Source: a virus
Reading direction: 5' to 3' (one strand)
IMG/VR virus record: IMGVR_UViG_3300047564_005910
Location: 32,001-96,000 of that record
Length of the DNA: 64,000 nt
In this document: one piece after another, positions 8,847-19,056 of the stretch
How positions within the stretch are numbered: the stretch's first letter is position 1
Layout: every line of letters starts with the position of its first letter
Notes under the pieces: model-generated
Database searches by the model: none
What the model was told of the DNA's origin: nothing
The model's input: only the letters and a program-made list of their open reading frames with translations
Program-made: the position numbers and the translations under genes

Positions 8847-11800
8847 TTATTGCTCAACTTCAATAAAGTGACCATCATCTAAATTATAATTATCATAATA
8901 GTCGGTAATAAACGACTCTTGTAACATATAATCATTGTTTTCTTGTAATAGTACTACGTTTTCGTAAGGAAGTATTACTTCAATATCGTCTAGCTCAAAA
9001 GTAGGTTTTTGTTTTAGATATATGTTAATCATAACTCCGTAAACAGTTTTAACAATTTTTTTAGCAAACGGTTTAAAGTTTTTTGCTAACTGAGGCTGAG
9101 CATCAACAATTAATGTAAGTACAGCTGTTTTAGAATCATTATTATAAGCAAACGCTGTAGATGTAATATTTGTTATATACAAGTTTTTAAGAGCTTGAAA
9201 CTGAGTTAGGTTAGTATCTTTTAACGGGTAAACCCGCTTGTAAGTAAAGTCTATTAAGTTGAAAGCGTATAGTATTGGAGTAAAACCTTGATATACTTCT
9301 CCGTCATAATATGGCAGTATATAACTAAAATAAATTTGTTGTTCATTAGGTTCAAGCCAAGAACCTATGTATCGATAATCGCTAAATGTGTGTAATATTG
9401 CGTGTTTTGATTTAGCAATGTTATAAACAGGTACTGGGTCAAACCCTATTAGAAATGGTTTTGAGTCACTGTTAATCCCGTAAATTAAATTGTAATCATA
9501 AGCTTGTGGTATATTAACACCAGAGACAACAAATGTCTTTGAGTTAAAAACGTCCGTAACAACATAGTCTAAATCGGGTAGTATGCCGTTTGTTTTAAAG
9601 AGTTTAAATTTAGAGTTTTTCTTTAAAAAGTGATCTGTAATTGTAGTGAATGTTGCAGAGTAGATGTACGTGTGTTTATATTTTTCATCGTTATATGCAT
9701 CAAAATCGGCTTCTCCGTCTCCCCAGACAATGGTAACCGGTGCACTGTTATTGGTTTTAATACTAACCCCGGAAAGTACTCCTTCAGGAGGCATGTTGTG
9801 GCTAAGAACGGGTATTGAGAATTCATGAGCTGAAGATGAAGTAGTACCAGCGAATTTCGTCGAGTAACCATCTCCCCAGAAAATTTCAGTTTCCATTCCC
9901 GATAGTGTATCAACTGTTAGCTTATTAATAGAGGCAGGGGTATTATGTTTTAGTGTCCAGTATGTAACATAATCTCCGTACTTATCTATAAGCATATTTG
10001 TAATAGATATTTTGTTAACTATACGTGGTGGGAATTCAACGTTTTGTAAAAGTAGCCCTGTAGGTATCGAAGTTGGTACTTCAATTTGCAATGCACCGTT
10101 TTCTTTTTCGTAGTCTATAAAGTTAGAATCTTCGAGTATATTCTTAAAGACGCCTTTTTCATAATCATAATCTAGACGTAACAATATCATTCCTCCCTTC
10201 ATTAAGAGGAACAAAACATCATAAAAAACTTCAATGTCTTGTATTTCGTTGCTAGTTAGATATTTGTGTAGAGTTGTATATTTGAAATTATCATATATAG
10301 ACGATAACATAAACGACGCAGTTTTTACATCGTCACCCAGATTTTTTACCCATACAGACCCTTCAACAATTTTTTGTTCTTTTAACGAACTGGTAATATT
10401 TGGTTTATAAAGACTGTATTGATTTCCGTAAATGTCAGTTGTCCATTTATATAGAATGTTATCGTCAAGGTAGCCTATTTGATTTGTCTTCCAGTAATCT
10501 GTATTAATAAGCCCTCGAAAATCTGGTTTAAAGTTTTTCGAAACTACCCATGTATCATTTTTTGGGCCGTTCCAGGGGGATTGTCTTGTTTTTGTAGTTG
10601 TAACCCCGGTGTTAGAAACTCGGGATGATTCTTCTTTGGCCTGATAACCTAAGAATTTCGGATATGTTTTTGTTATTTCAGGACTTGTTAAACTAGTTGA
10701 AACGTACGGAGCTTCTTTAAGCCAACTACTATTTGTTGTATCATAGACATAACCACCACTGAGTGTTTCTTTTGATAGGCCACGGCTTGCAATACCGTAA
10801 CTATTACTAAAGTTTGATGCAGAAATATTTGGAGCTTCAAACGTGTTTATTGGTTTTGTTTTTATGTTGTTTGTGGCATATTTGAGTAAGCCGAGATTTT
10901 TATAGGTAAAATAACCTCCAAGATCTTCGTGAGAAAAAAGAGAATTAATATTATTAATGCTTGCGATCGTGGGGTAGTGAGCATTAGTTAAGTTAGCGTA
11001 ATCAAAATCAGGTGTAAAGGGAGTACCGGTAATTGCGTTAACATTGCTACCAGAAACGTATAAGAAGTTAGGATTAATAGTACTGAGTGTAAAATTAATA
11101 GATAAGTCTGTTTTAGACGTAAAAAATACATATTTTACCATCTCCCCGGCGTTTGTTTGTTCGATTACCATGTCTGATATACATGGGGTAGGGTATGTAG
11201 TTGTAGCTTTTGTTAGATAATCACTATAGTTAGTATTTTCAGTTATTGGTATATTTTTATCTACAACAATGTTTATTTTTTTCCATTTTTTAGAATTGTC
11301 TGTTAAGTTGTAATAGATTGGTTGTATCCAGTTTATAATATTGTTACCAGCGTTAGTGTATGAAATTTCTTGACCCCCGTAGATATAATCGTTTGCTGGT
11401 CGCGGTTGAGAATAAAAATTATATTCATCTACAAATTCAAATTCATTATTTTGAACAAGTAAGCCGTTAGCAGGGGCTGTTTTTACCCAAAACGGTTTCA
11501 TGTGAGGGGCTGAGCTTAACGGTCTATATGCACAAATATCCCATCCGGAAACGGGTACATTTAACATAAAGTTTGCTTTAGGGTATTCTCTAACTGCGTC
11601 GACTTTTGTTTCTCGTTGCAACGGAATACATGTAACAGCAGGGCATGCTGGTGTAAAGGTAACTGTACCATAGCTGCTTCCCGCATAATGTCTTATTGTA
11701 AGACTCTGTATTGAGTATTTACCGGTTGTTACCGGCACAAAAGGTAATGTTACACCATAGTTTGCAGGGATTTGCCCTGGGGGAGATGTATAATTAAAAA

Positions 11801-14645
11801 TTGTTGGACCTGTATAATCAGATGGTGGTTCAGTTAATCTTATTTGCCAATCAACACCTGAAATTCTAAAATATTGAATACTATTTAAATTTTGGCGTTG
11901 ACCGGTATATACAGCTACATTCGGTTCATTAGGAATTAAAAAGTTAACCAACTCATCAGGGGTTACATAATCGTAATCGCTCCATATAGTGTTTGACACC
12001 TTTGTAGCCGTTGGCGAGTCGGTAAATACTGATGATACTTGTCTATATGTTACACTGTAACTATTTTTATGATCGTATATATAAAACTCACCGGGGCTAA
12101 AAACCATATCAGAAGTAAGATTTGTAGTTCTCCAAGTACCATCTGCAGATAACACAGCTTTAATCCATATAGAGTCAGCTCCTATATCACCTTGACGGTA
12201 CTTTGCAACATAATACGGTAGTTGTAAATTTATATCTTCTGGGCTTCTTTTTAGATTATTTCTAAAATAATAGTAACGGGCACCGGCACTTAAGGCCATA
12301 GTTGAAGGTTCCCCACCAAAATTAACCCACTTACCGTAACTCCATCCTACATCATCGTTATTAGGGGTTAACTGATACCAGGCAAAATTATTAAGCCCGT
12401 AATCTCGTATACTACTCATTACAGCAAATAGAGAAGGGCCCTGTATATAGTAATATTTTTCTTTCTTATCGACATCCAGTAAGTCTGCAGAAATTGTTCT
12501 ATAGAACGGCACAAAAAGACTACTAAGAGCACTTAACCCTTCATGATCTGTACCATACATTTGCGGGTACGTTAATAACCATTCAGCTAAATTAAACTTT
12601 GACGGAAAACCGCTTTCAGCTCCTGCTGCAGAAAAGTATCTATCATCAAGAACAATAAAATCCGCGCTACTATTATAATCAGTAAATTTTTGCCCGGGGT
12701 GACCAAACGGTGAAAAATTTACAGCTTTACAATTACAGGCATTAAAAGGAGTTAAAGTGTTTTTAGAAGATTTTAAAACAGAAATCTCGTAGAGTTTTTC
12801 TTTACGGTCAAGTTGAAGATATTCACAATCTAGAGAATGTTCTATGGTTTTAAAAACAGAAGAAAGCGGTACAGCTGTTATAGCTGCAACAGAATTCCAA
12901 ATAAATGGTGTATAGTCCCCTGCGTTAAAGCGGGCTGTAAAACTAGGTTGCTGAGGGCCGTCAGCTTTACTGTATTTTGTATAATCTGTTTGGTAGTCAC
13001 TTAAGTTTTTTGAGGAAAGCCATGCAACCTCTGTAGCTTCTTCTGTTGTAGCTTGCGGGTATGGTATTTTGTAGATAACATCCCCTTTTTTAAATTCAGT
13101 AGCAGCAGTTGCATATGGTATTTTTATCTCGTTTAATAGTCGCGGTGTACACCAGTTGTCTGTTATCGTAAAAGGTATAGTTTCTTTTTCAATATCTTCA
13201 TCTGTAAACTTAAAAATCGGCCAATATATTCTATTTTCTCCACCTACAATAGATAAATCAGTTTTATTACCGGCGTAATACCAATATTCTTGATGAGAAT
13301 TTACGGCGCTGCTTTGGGTGTTTAATAATATTTTATCTGATTCAGAATACTGCTCTGTAGCATTAGCTCTAAAAACGTTTATGTCTTGTATATATAACGG
13401 GTCAAATGATGTTGTTGTGGGAGTGTAGCTCCAGTATTGTTTTAATATCTCTGTTTTTTCTTCAGGTTCAAGTGTTGTAAAAATCAACGAATTTTCTACC
13501 AAACTAGGACCAGTCCAAGGTAGTCCTTCACCGATTAAACCAAAGCCAGGGTATGGAAACTTGAATTTTACTTGCTTACCAACAGGTAAGTTTGTTACCA
13601 TGTATGTTTGTAATTTCTTTTGAGAAGATTCTTCAAGCCATGCCCCTTCAATATCTAATTTTGTGACCTTATAAATTTTATCAACAAAAGGAAACCGTAG
13701 GGTAGGTGTTGTGGGGGCTGATAAAAAGTCGCTCTCGTTTAGTTTTACCGGGGCAGTTATTATTTCATAGTTTGGATTTATATTATCAAAACTTGTTGTC
13801 CAATAAAAAAGTGTGCTACCGGGCTTAAAGTCTAAAGTTTGATTAGTTGTTGTTACTGCTTTTTGACTTGCTTCTTTAATAACATCAACAATAAATGTTG
13901 AAGAACCGGAAAACTTTTTCTTTCGTACAGAATTTACTAATTCTGTAAAAAATGTCGTATTTACCCCTGTACTATAAAGCCAGTTGAGATCGTTTATATC
14001 TATATTTTTACTATTAAAAAATTCTTGAGTTTTACTGGAAGTTAAATCAAAATAATTAGTAATGGGTTGATTTGGGGAAATATCAAAGTAGTTATGGGTA
14101 TCGTAAAGCTCTTCTACACTTACTTTAAAACGATTCGATATTGCACTTAATTGTGGTATCTGATTATAAAAGTATGTTCCTGCTACATTAACAGCATAAT
14201 TCTTTTTTGTAAAAGCAGTTAAAATATAACCGTAAAGTATATTTTCTAACCCTTTGTTCGTGCCTGCTACTTCAGATTTAGTCTTAATACCTTTAAGCTC
14301 TTCTCTCTGTTCGGTAAAAAAGACTGCAATATCTTTTAATTTACGACTAAAATAAGGTATAGAAAGTATAAGCTCGTCTTCGCTATCAAGATCTATAGTA
14401 GAATACCATTTTTCAGTTTCTTCATCTGAAAAGAAAACCTGTATTTTTGAAAGTAGGTCAAGATATTCTTGACGTAAAACGTACAAACCGTCAGTAACGA
14501 GTTTTGTTGTCTTATTACTCTCATACCATTCTTTTACGTAGCGATTATATAGATAAAAGCTTTGTTTGGTGTTTACATTAGGATTATAAAGTAACCACTC
14601 TTTATAAGGCAAAGGTATGTTTTTTTTATGTGTTATAGGTTCCAT
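8847..14645 (-). CDS. Very large putative baseplate/virion protein (1932 aa) with two PKD-like repeats
   Basis: ORF track; EIFWGDG and TIVWGDG...KHTY PKD-like motifs near the C-terminus; terminal LLQENNDYMLQE motif seen in phage structural proteins; late promoter upstream. Confidence 0.6.
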   Translation of the reverse strand: MEPITHKKNIPLPYKEWLLYNPNVNTKQSFYLYNRYVKEWYESNKTTKLVTDGLYVLRQEYLDLLSKIQVFFSDEETEKWYSTIDLDSEDELILSIPYFSRKLKDIAVFFTEQREELKGIKTKSEVAGTNKGLENILYGYILTAFTKKNYAVNVAGTYFYNQIPQLSAISNRFKVSVEELYDTHNYFDISPNQPITNYFDLTSSKTQEFFNSKNIDINDLNWLYSTGVNTTFFTELVNSVRKKKFSGSSTFIVDVIKEASQKAVTTTNQTLDFKPGSTLFYWTTSFDNINPNYEIITAPVKLNESDFLSAPTTPTLRFPFVDKIYKVTKLDIEGAWLEESSQKKLQTYMVTNLPVGKQVKFKFPYPGFGLIGEGLPWTGPSLVENSLIFTTLEPEEKTEILKQYWSYTPTTTSFDPLYIQDINVFRANATEQYSESDKILLNTQSSAVNSHQEYWYYAGNKTDLSIVGGENRIYWPIFKFTDEDIEKETIPFTITDNWCTPRLLNEIKIPYATAATEFKKGDVIYKIPYPQATTEEATEVAWLSSKNLSDYQTDYTKYSKADGPQQPSFTARFNAGDYTPFIWNSVAAITAVPLSSVFKTIEHSLDCEYLQLDRKEKLYEISVLKSSKNTLTPFNACNCKAVNFSPFGHPGQKFTDYNSSADFIVLDDRYFSAAGAESGFPSKFNLAEWLLTYPQMYGTDHEGLSALSSLFVPFYRTISADLLDVDKKEKYYYIQGPSLFAVMSSIRDYGLNNFAWYQLTPNNDDVGWSYGKWVNFGGEPSTMALSAGARYYYFRNNLKRSPEDINLQLPYYVAKYRQGDIGADSIWIKAVLSADGTWRTTNLTSDMVFSPGEFYIYDHKNSYSVTYRQVSSVFTDSPTATKVSNTIWSDYDYVTPDELVNFLIPNEPNVAVYTGQRQNLNSIQYFRISGVDWQIRLTEPPSDYTGPTIFNYTSPPGQIPANYGVTLPFVPVTTGKYSIQSLTIRHYAGSSYGTVTFTPACPAVTCIPLQRETKVDAVREYPKANFMLNVPVSGWDICAYRPLSSAPHMKPFWVKTAPANGLLVQNNEFEFVDEYNFYSQPRPANDYIYGGQEISYTNAGNNIINWIQPIYYNLTDNSKKWKKINIVVDKNIPITENTNYSDYLTKATTTYPTPCISDMVIEQTNAGEMVKYVFFTSKTDLSINFTLSTINPNFLYVSGSNVNAITGTPFTPDFDYANLTNAHYPTIASINNINSLFSHEDLGGYFTYKNLGLLKYATNNIKTKPINTFEAPNISASNFSNSYGIASRGLSKETLSGGYVYDTTNSSWLKEAPYVSTSLTSPEITKTYPKFLGYQAKEESSRVSNTGVTTTKTRQSPWNGPKNDTWVVSKNFKPDFRGLINTDYWKTNQIGYLDDNILYKWTTDIYGNQYSLYKPNITSSLKEQKIVEGSVWVKNLGDDVKTASFMLSSIYDNFKYTTLHKYLTSNEIQDIEVFYDVLFLLMKGGMILLRLDYDYEKGVFKNILEDSNFIDYEKENGALQIEVPTSIPTGLLLQNVEFPPRIVNKISITNMLIDKYGDYVTYWTLKHNTPASINKLTVDTLSGMETEIFWGDGYSTKFAGTTSSSAHEFSIPVLSHNMPPEGVLSGVSIKTNNSAPVTIVWGDGEADFDAYNDEKYKHTYIYSATFTTITDHFLKKNSKFKLFKTNGILPDLDYVVTDVFNSKTFVVSGVNIPQAYDYNLIYGINSDSKPFLIGFDPVPVYNIAKSKHAILHTFSDYRYIGSWLEPNEQQIYFSYILPYYDGEVYQGFTPILYAFNLIDFTYKRVYPLKDTNLTQFQALKNLYITNITSTAFAYNNDSKTAVLTLIVDAQPQLAKNFKPFAKKIVKTVYGVMINIYLKQKPTFELDDIEVILPYENVVLLQENNDYMLQESFITDYYDNYNLDDGHFIEVEQ

Positions 14646-14657
14646 GCCTTAAGATAT

Positions 14658-17600
14658 TTATGTTAGTAAGTTTTTGGTTAAAACGTAGTTAAACATTTCT
14701 TCCACTACCCCTTCGTCTTTATACCAGTCATTAACTTGAGTACTAGACAATAAAACAGTAGAAGGATTGTTCCAATCTATAAACGTATTATTTAAATTAT
14801 TAGTGTTTGAATATGTAACTCTATATATTTCTAATACATCAAACATATAATCTTGCAATTGTGGTATTTTTAAAATGGAGTATGGTATTGGTGTGTCTGT
14901 AGATAAAAAGAAGCCTGCAGAATTTGTTGAAACAGGTACAATATAGGTAAATTGACTGCGTGTTATAGGTTCTTTAATAAGAAGTATTTCCCCTGCAGTA
15001 ACAAAAGAATACGTAGTATTAATAGGTTCTAAATAAGCTGTGCTTAATTCAGTGTTCTTTGCAGAATAACCAAAAAGTTTTTTAAACGGTATGGATACCG
15101 TATTTATTAATCTTTTAATTTCAGCGGGTAGTTTTAGTTTCGACAGACCTTGTTCAATTTCAACGTCCAGCATTTGACCTAAGCTGTATAAACCGTCTAT
15201 ATTGGCATAATCAATATCACTGTGATAACGGGTAAAGTTAGCAATTTTTTCGAATAATACTCTACCTATATTTTCTCTGCTATCGTCTACATTACCTAAA
15301 ATAGAACCAAAAAAGTCTTCAAACAGCACTGTATTTTGGTTTAAGATTTCAGGTAAAGCATATGACCTTATTTGTTCAGCGGCATCAAAACTTTCGTTTT
15401 TAACCCGGTAGTAGTGTTGATTTTGTAGTGGGTTTACGGTAAAGGTGTTACTTTGACCGGTGAGTAAGTACATCGATGTTTTTTCTACTTCAGGTATAAC
15501 GTATTTTTGGAACCAAACGTTACCTGTAGGATCTCCAAAGGATTGTGTAAGTCTATGACGTTCATTTAGAGAATTACGTAAATTCGCGTTATAGGATCTA
15601 TAGTTCTTTGTTAAATTAGGGGCATAAAATGTATATATTTTTTGTTTGTCGTTTGATACTAGCCAAATTCTGTTAAACATATCTACATGCAAACCTCTAA
15701 TGCCGTTATTGAAGACGTGCTCTTTATTAGTTGTGCTGTTAGGCTCTAATTCGGAACTTAGTATTTTAGTAACCGTAAAGATATAACCAGTATCTGTATC
15801 TATTTTCCATGTTTGGTAATAATCTGTAACAGGATCGAGGACTGTAAAATGGTTATAGTTATGTGTAAACCATATCTTATTTGTATTATCTGAAATAATA
15901 CTTTCGGGCCGTTCAAATTTTTTAGTGTAGTTTTTAACTAAATCGCCCGCAGAGTTAAAACAATATATACTGCCATAGTTGCCGGGTATAACCTGACGAA
16001 CACTTGTAATCGGGTCATTAATTGAACTAATCTGATTAGTAGTAAGGTCGTTTTCGCTAGCATAAAGCGGAGACGTAAAAAAGTTAGTAGATATATTTGT
16101 ACCGCTACTTGTTGTAATAGTATTGTACCGGTAGTTTGCATATTCGGTAAACGTATTTGCAAAACTATAAACGTTTTGAGTATAGTAATCAAAATTATAA
16201 ATTCTAAAAAATAGACCTGGTACATAACCGGGTATAATACTAGCGAGAGGTAAAGCCGATACAGGGTATGTTGCACTTCGAAGCTGTTCGTCTAAAGTTG
16301 CTGTAAATAAAATAAGTGCTCTGTTTCCCTCTAAATATACCACATCGTAACTAGGGTTCATGGCAGTAACTCTTTGTATTGTAGTAGCACTGTTAAGTGG
16401 GTTAGTAGTAATTGCTGAAGGTCTATTAACCCGGGTGGTCCCGTAACCTAAAGATTTTGGTAAGTAATTGTAAGCTTTTCTTTGTTGTGGTACTTCAATC
16501 ATTATTCTAGTACCTGCGGTAATATAATCTGTTTCAGTGTTGTATAGACCGGGCCAATACCTATTAATGTATGAAGGTATTGTCATTATTATGTTAGCAG
16601 TAATTGGCGGTATTATGCTTTGGGTTTCAAGAGAAGTAACTACATTAATACCAGAAACAGGTATATGAGCTACAAAGGTAGACAAGAACGGTGTTGTAAT
16701 AGATGATAATCTCATTATTTCAAACCTATAATCTACCCCGCGAGCAGTTATATCAGGCATTATAGAACTGAGAGAGCTAACTGGTGATGTACGAGCTGAA
16801 TACGATACAGAAAATGTATAATTCGTTTTTAAAGACTCCCCGTTAAACGCTTCTCGGTTCCAAGTTTTTGGATACATACCAGCTGGGTAAATTTCTCTTT
16901 CTACTACCCAGTTTGTTAAACCTACAAATCTTGTATCTCTCCATCTTAAGGGGGCATTTTTACTAGGACGTAAATTAAACCAGTCCCAATAATGACCGTA
17001 ACGATCTTGAGACGGTTTTATTAAGTATGGTGTAACGGCTACTGTTAACCAAACGTTATCTTTTCTATCAATATAGATAGAAGTAGGATTATAAATTGTT
17101 GGTAAAATAATAGTTGAAAGTAGACTACCCGTTGAACTGTACTTACGAAGCTCATTATATAGGTATTCTGTATGGGTACTCCAAATATTATTTTGGCTGT
17201 CCGTATCAATTAAAGAGTAAACTGATAAGTTTCTTTCTTTAAGTGGTTCGCTAACAGGTGGTGCGTCTTTATTAATAGAGGTATGTGCCGTTCTAAATAA
17301 AATGTCTCCATCTCTGTTAAGTTTTATAAGTCTTAGTTCATCATAAAAACTTACCCAAACATCTCTATTTTTATCAAGTTTTACCTGTAAGGGAGCACTA
17401 CGATCAAACGGTCGTTTATTCTTGTTAAGATATCTAGGATCCGTATCAAAGTATGACATTAGGCTTATAGCTGTTAGCACTTGATGATCTTTGTTAAGAC
17501 GATATATATTATTTGTGTCTGGATCTGCAACCCAATAAATTCGATCGACGGGGTCATACGCAACACTATGAGGGGTATTTAGGGTAGGGTATGCTGTTGT

Positions 17601-19052
17601 TTTAGAAGTAAAAGTTTTTTCTAAGTCGGTAGATTCTAACCATTCAGTTTCTAAAACTTTATCATAAATTAGCTTATTATGTACTATACTTTTATTTGTA
17701 TGTGGTAAATTAAAGTTTTTATTTACGAGTTTGACCTCCGGGTTATATACATTTAAATACGTCGTATTAAAAAAGCTTGGTTTGTATGATGTTGCAGGTA
17801 TCATAAGCGTTGCGCTTAATGTAACTGCTCGCTTTTCCGGTGAATATATTTTTACAGAATCGAAAGCAAACCCCGCTACAGGTAGCCCCTGTATATTGTG
17901 CTTATAAAACCGTACAGGGATGTTTGGATATTCTTCAAGTATAACTTCTTCTTTAATAAAAAAATCAATTTTAACACTGGTTGGCGTAATAGAAGACAAA
18001 GAATAATTACCCCAAATACCCGTTAAAAACGCGCTAGATGTTTCTGCGGTTTTAATGGCTGATGATGTGTACGTATTAAACGTGTTTGTAACCTTTCTGT
18101 TTAAAGATAAGGATGGTGTATCAGAGTCTGGGTAAGAAAAATTTATTGTATCATTTTGTCGTTTTAAAATGTTAACGGGGTAATAGTCTACATTTTGTGG
18201 TGTATTTTTGTTTATTTTATAACCTTCTCTATTCCAAGCTAATGTTACTAAATACGGAATTTTTATTCCTGACCACTTTGTTTGGTAGATATTACTAATA
18301 ACCGTTTCTGAAATTTTTAAGTGTGTTGGTAGGGGTTTATCCGTGTACCAAAATGTTGCTTTTTGTATGGTGTTTTGAGTGCTGTTTAAACGATCGTTTT
18401 CTTGAGTGGTAGTTTTTAATGTAGCAAAAATTACTGTTGGTTGTTCTAAATACGGATCGTTAATACCTATATCTTCAGTAAAATAAAAGTTAACTGAACC
18501 TTTATAACCAATTAATATATTTTCAAAATATACAGGGGTATAATTTGTGGCAGTTAATTCTGTTACAACATTACCACTTAAATCATGAAACATCCATCGA
18601 GGAATTAATTGGTTCCAGGTTGGTTTAATTGGTGCATTATACGGGATTGATCTAGAATTATCAGCATATAGGGATATAACAGGGTCTCTTCCAGTTATAG
18701 TGGTTGTAAAGCTTACCTTTATAGGAGTATCTGTTTTTTGACCCGAACCAACAAAATAATCCGGTATGTGGTCAAAATATATTGTGTCACTTAAAAATTG
18801 ACGTACACTAACAGTAATAGTGGTGCTTTGTTGTTTATTTTCTTCGTCCCAAATAGTTAACCTAACAGTATAGGTACCACTATTAAAAAATTTATGCGTA
18901 ATTTTAGGGGTATTATGATACGAAGTACCGTCACTTATAACCCAAAGATATTTTTGTATAGAAGTATTTGTTACAGAGCGACTTTCAAATACAAATTCTG
19001 TAAAATTTGTATAGCCTGTTCTAAACTTTGTATATATAAGTGCTTGTAACAT
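14658..19052 (-). CDS. Putative baseplate wedge protein (gp7-like position) with PKD domain and NHL/beta-propeller repeats (1464 aa)
   Basis: N-terminal PKD (GTYTVRLTIWD); propeller blades PHSVAYDP..YWVAD, IDTDSQNNIW, PTSIYIDRKDNVW, PESIISDNTNKIW; C-terminal DIDYANIDGLYSLGQML resembles gpI/gp7 wedge core; directly follows gp6. Confidence 0.6.
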   Translation of the reverse strand: MLQALIYTKFRTGYTNFTEFVFESRSVTNTSIQKYLWVISDGTSYHNTPKITHKFFNSGTYTVRLTIWDEENKQQSTTITVSVRQFLSDTIYFDHIPDYFVGSGQKTDTPIKVSFTTTITGRDPVISLYADNSRSIPYNAPIKPTWNQLIPRWMFHDLSGNVVTELTATNYTPVYFENILIGYKGSVNFYFTEDIGINDPYLEQPTVIFATLKTTTQENDRLNSTQNTIQKATFWYTDKPLPTHLKISETVISNIYQTKWSGIKIPYLVTLAWNREGYKINKNTPQNVDYYPVNILKRQNDTINFSYPDSDTPSLSLNRKVTNTFNTYTSSAIKTAETSSAFLTGIWGNYSLSSITPTSVKIDFFIKEEVILEEYPNIPVRFYKHNIQGLPVAGFAFDSVKIYSPEKRAVTLSATLMIPATSYKPSFFNTTYLNVYNPEVKLVNKNFNLPHTNKSIVHNKLIYDKVLETEWLESTDLEKTFTSKTTAYPTLNTPHSVAYDPVDRIYWVADPDTNNIYRLNKDHQVLTAISLMSYFDTDPRYLNKNKRPFDRSAPLQVKLDKNRDVWVSFYDELRLIKLNRDGDILFRTAHTSINKDAPPVSEPLKERNLSVYSLIDTDSQNNIWSTHTEYLYNELRKYSSTGSLLSTIILPTIYNPTSIYIDRKDNVWLTVAVTPYLIKPSQDRYGHYWDWFNLRPSKNAPLRWRDTRFVGLTNWVVEREIYPAGMYPKTWNREAFNGESLKTNYTFSVSYSARTSPVSSLSSIMPDITARGVDYRFEIMRLSSITTPFLSTFVAHIPVSGINVVTSLETQSIIPPITANIIMTIPSYINRYWPGLYNTETDYITAGTRIMIEVPQQRKAYNYLPKSLGYGTTRVNRPSAITTNPLNSATTIQRVTAMNPSYDVVYLEGNRALILFTATLDEQLRSATYPVSALPLASIIPGYVPGLFFRIYNFDYYTQNVYSFANTFTEYANYRYNTITTSSGTNISTNFFTSPLYASENDLTTNQISSINDPITSVRQVIPGNYGSIYCFNSAGDLVKNYTKKFERPESIISDNTNKIWFTHNYNHFTVLDPVTDYYQTWKIDTDTGYIFTVTKILSSELEPNSTTNKEHVFNNGIRGLHVDMFNRIWLVSNDKQKIYTFYAPNLTKNYRSYNANLRNSLNERHRLTQSFGDPTGNVWFQKYVIPEVEKTSMYLLTGQSNTFTVNPLQNQHYYRVKNESFDAAEQIRSYALPEILNQNTVLFEDFFGSILGNVDDSRENIGRVLFEKIANFTRYHSDIDYANIDGLYSLGQMLDVEIEQGLSKLKLPAEIKRLINTVSIPFKKLFGYSAKNTELSTAYLEPINTTYSFVTAGEILLIKEPITRSQFTYIVPVSTNSAGFFLSTDTPIPYSILKIPQLQDYMFDVLEIYRVTYSNTNNLNNTFIDWNNPSTVLLSSTQVNDWYKDEGVVEEMFNYVLTKNLLT

Positions 19053-19056
19053 GATT

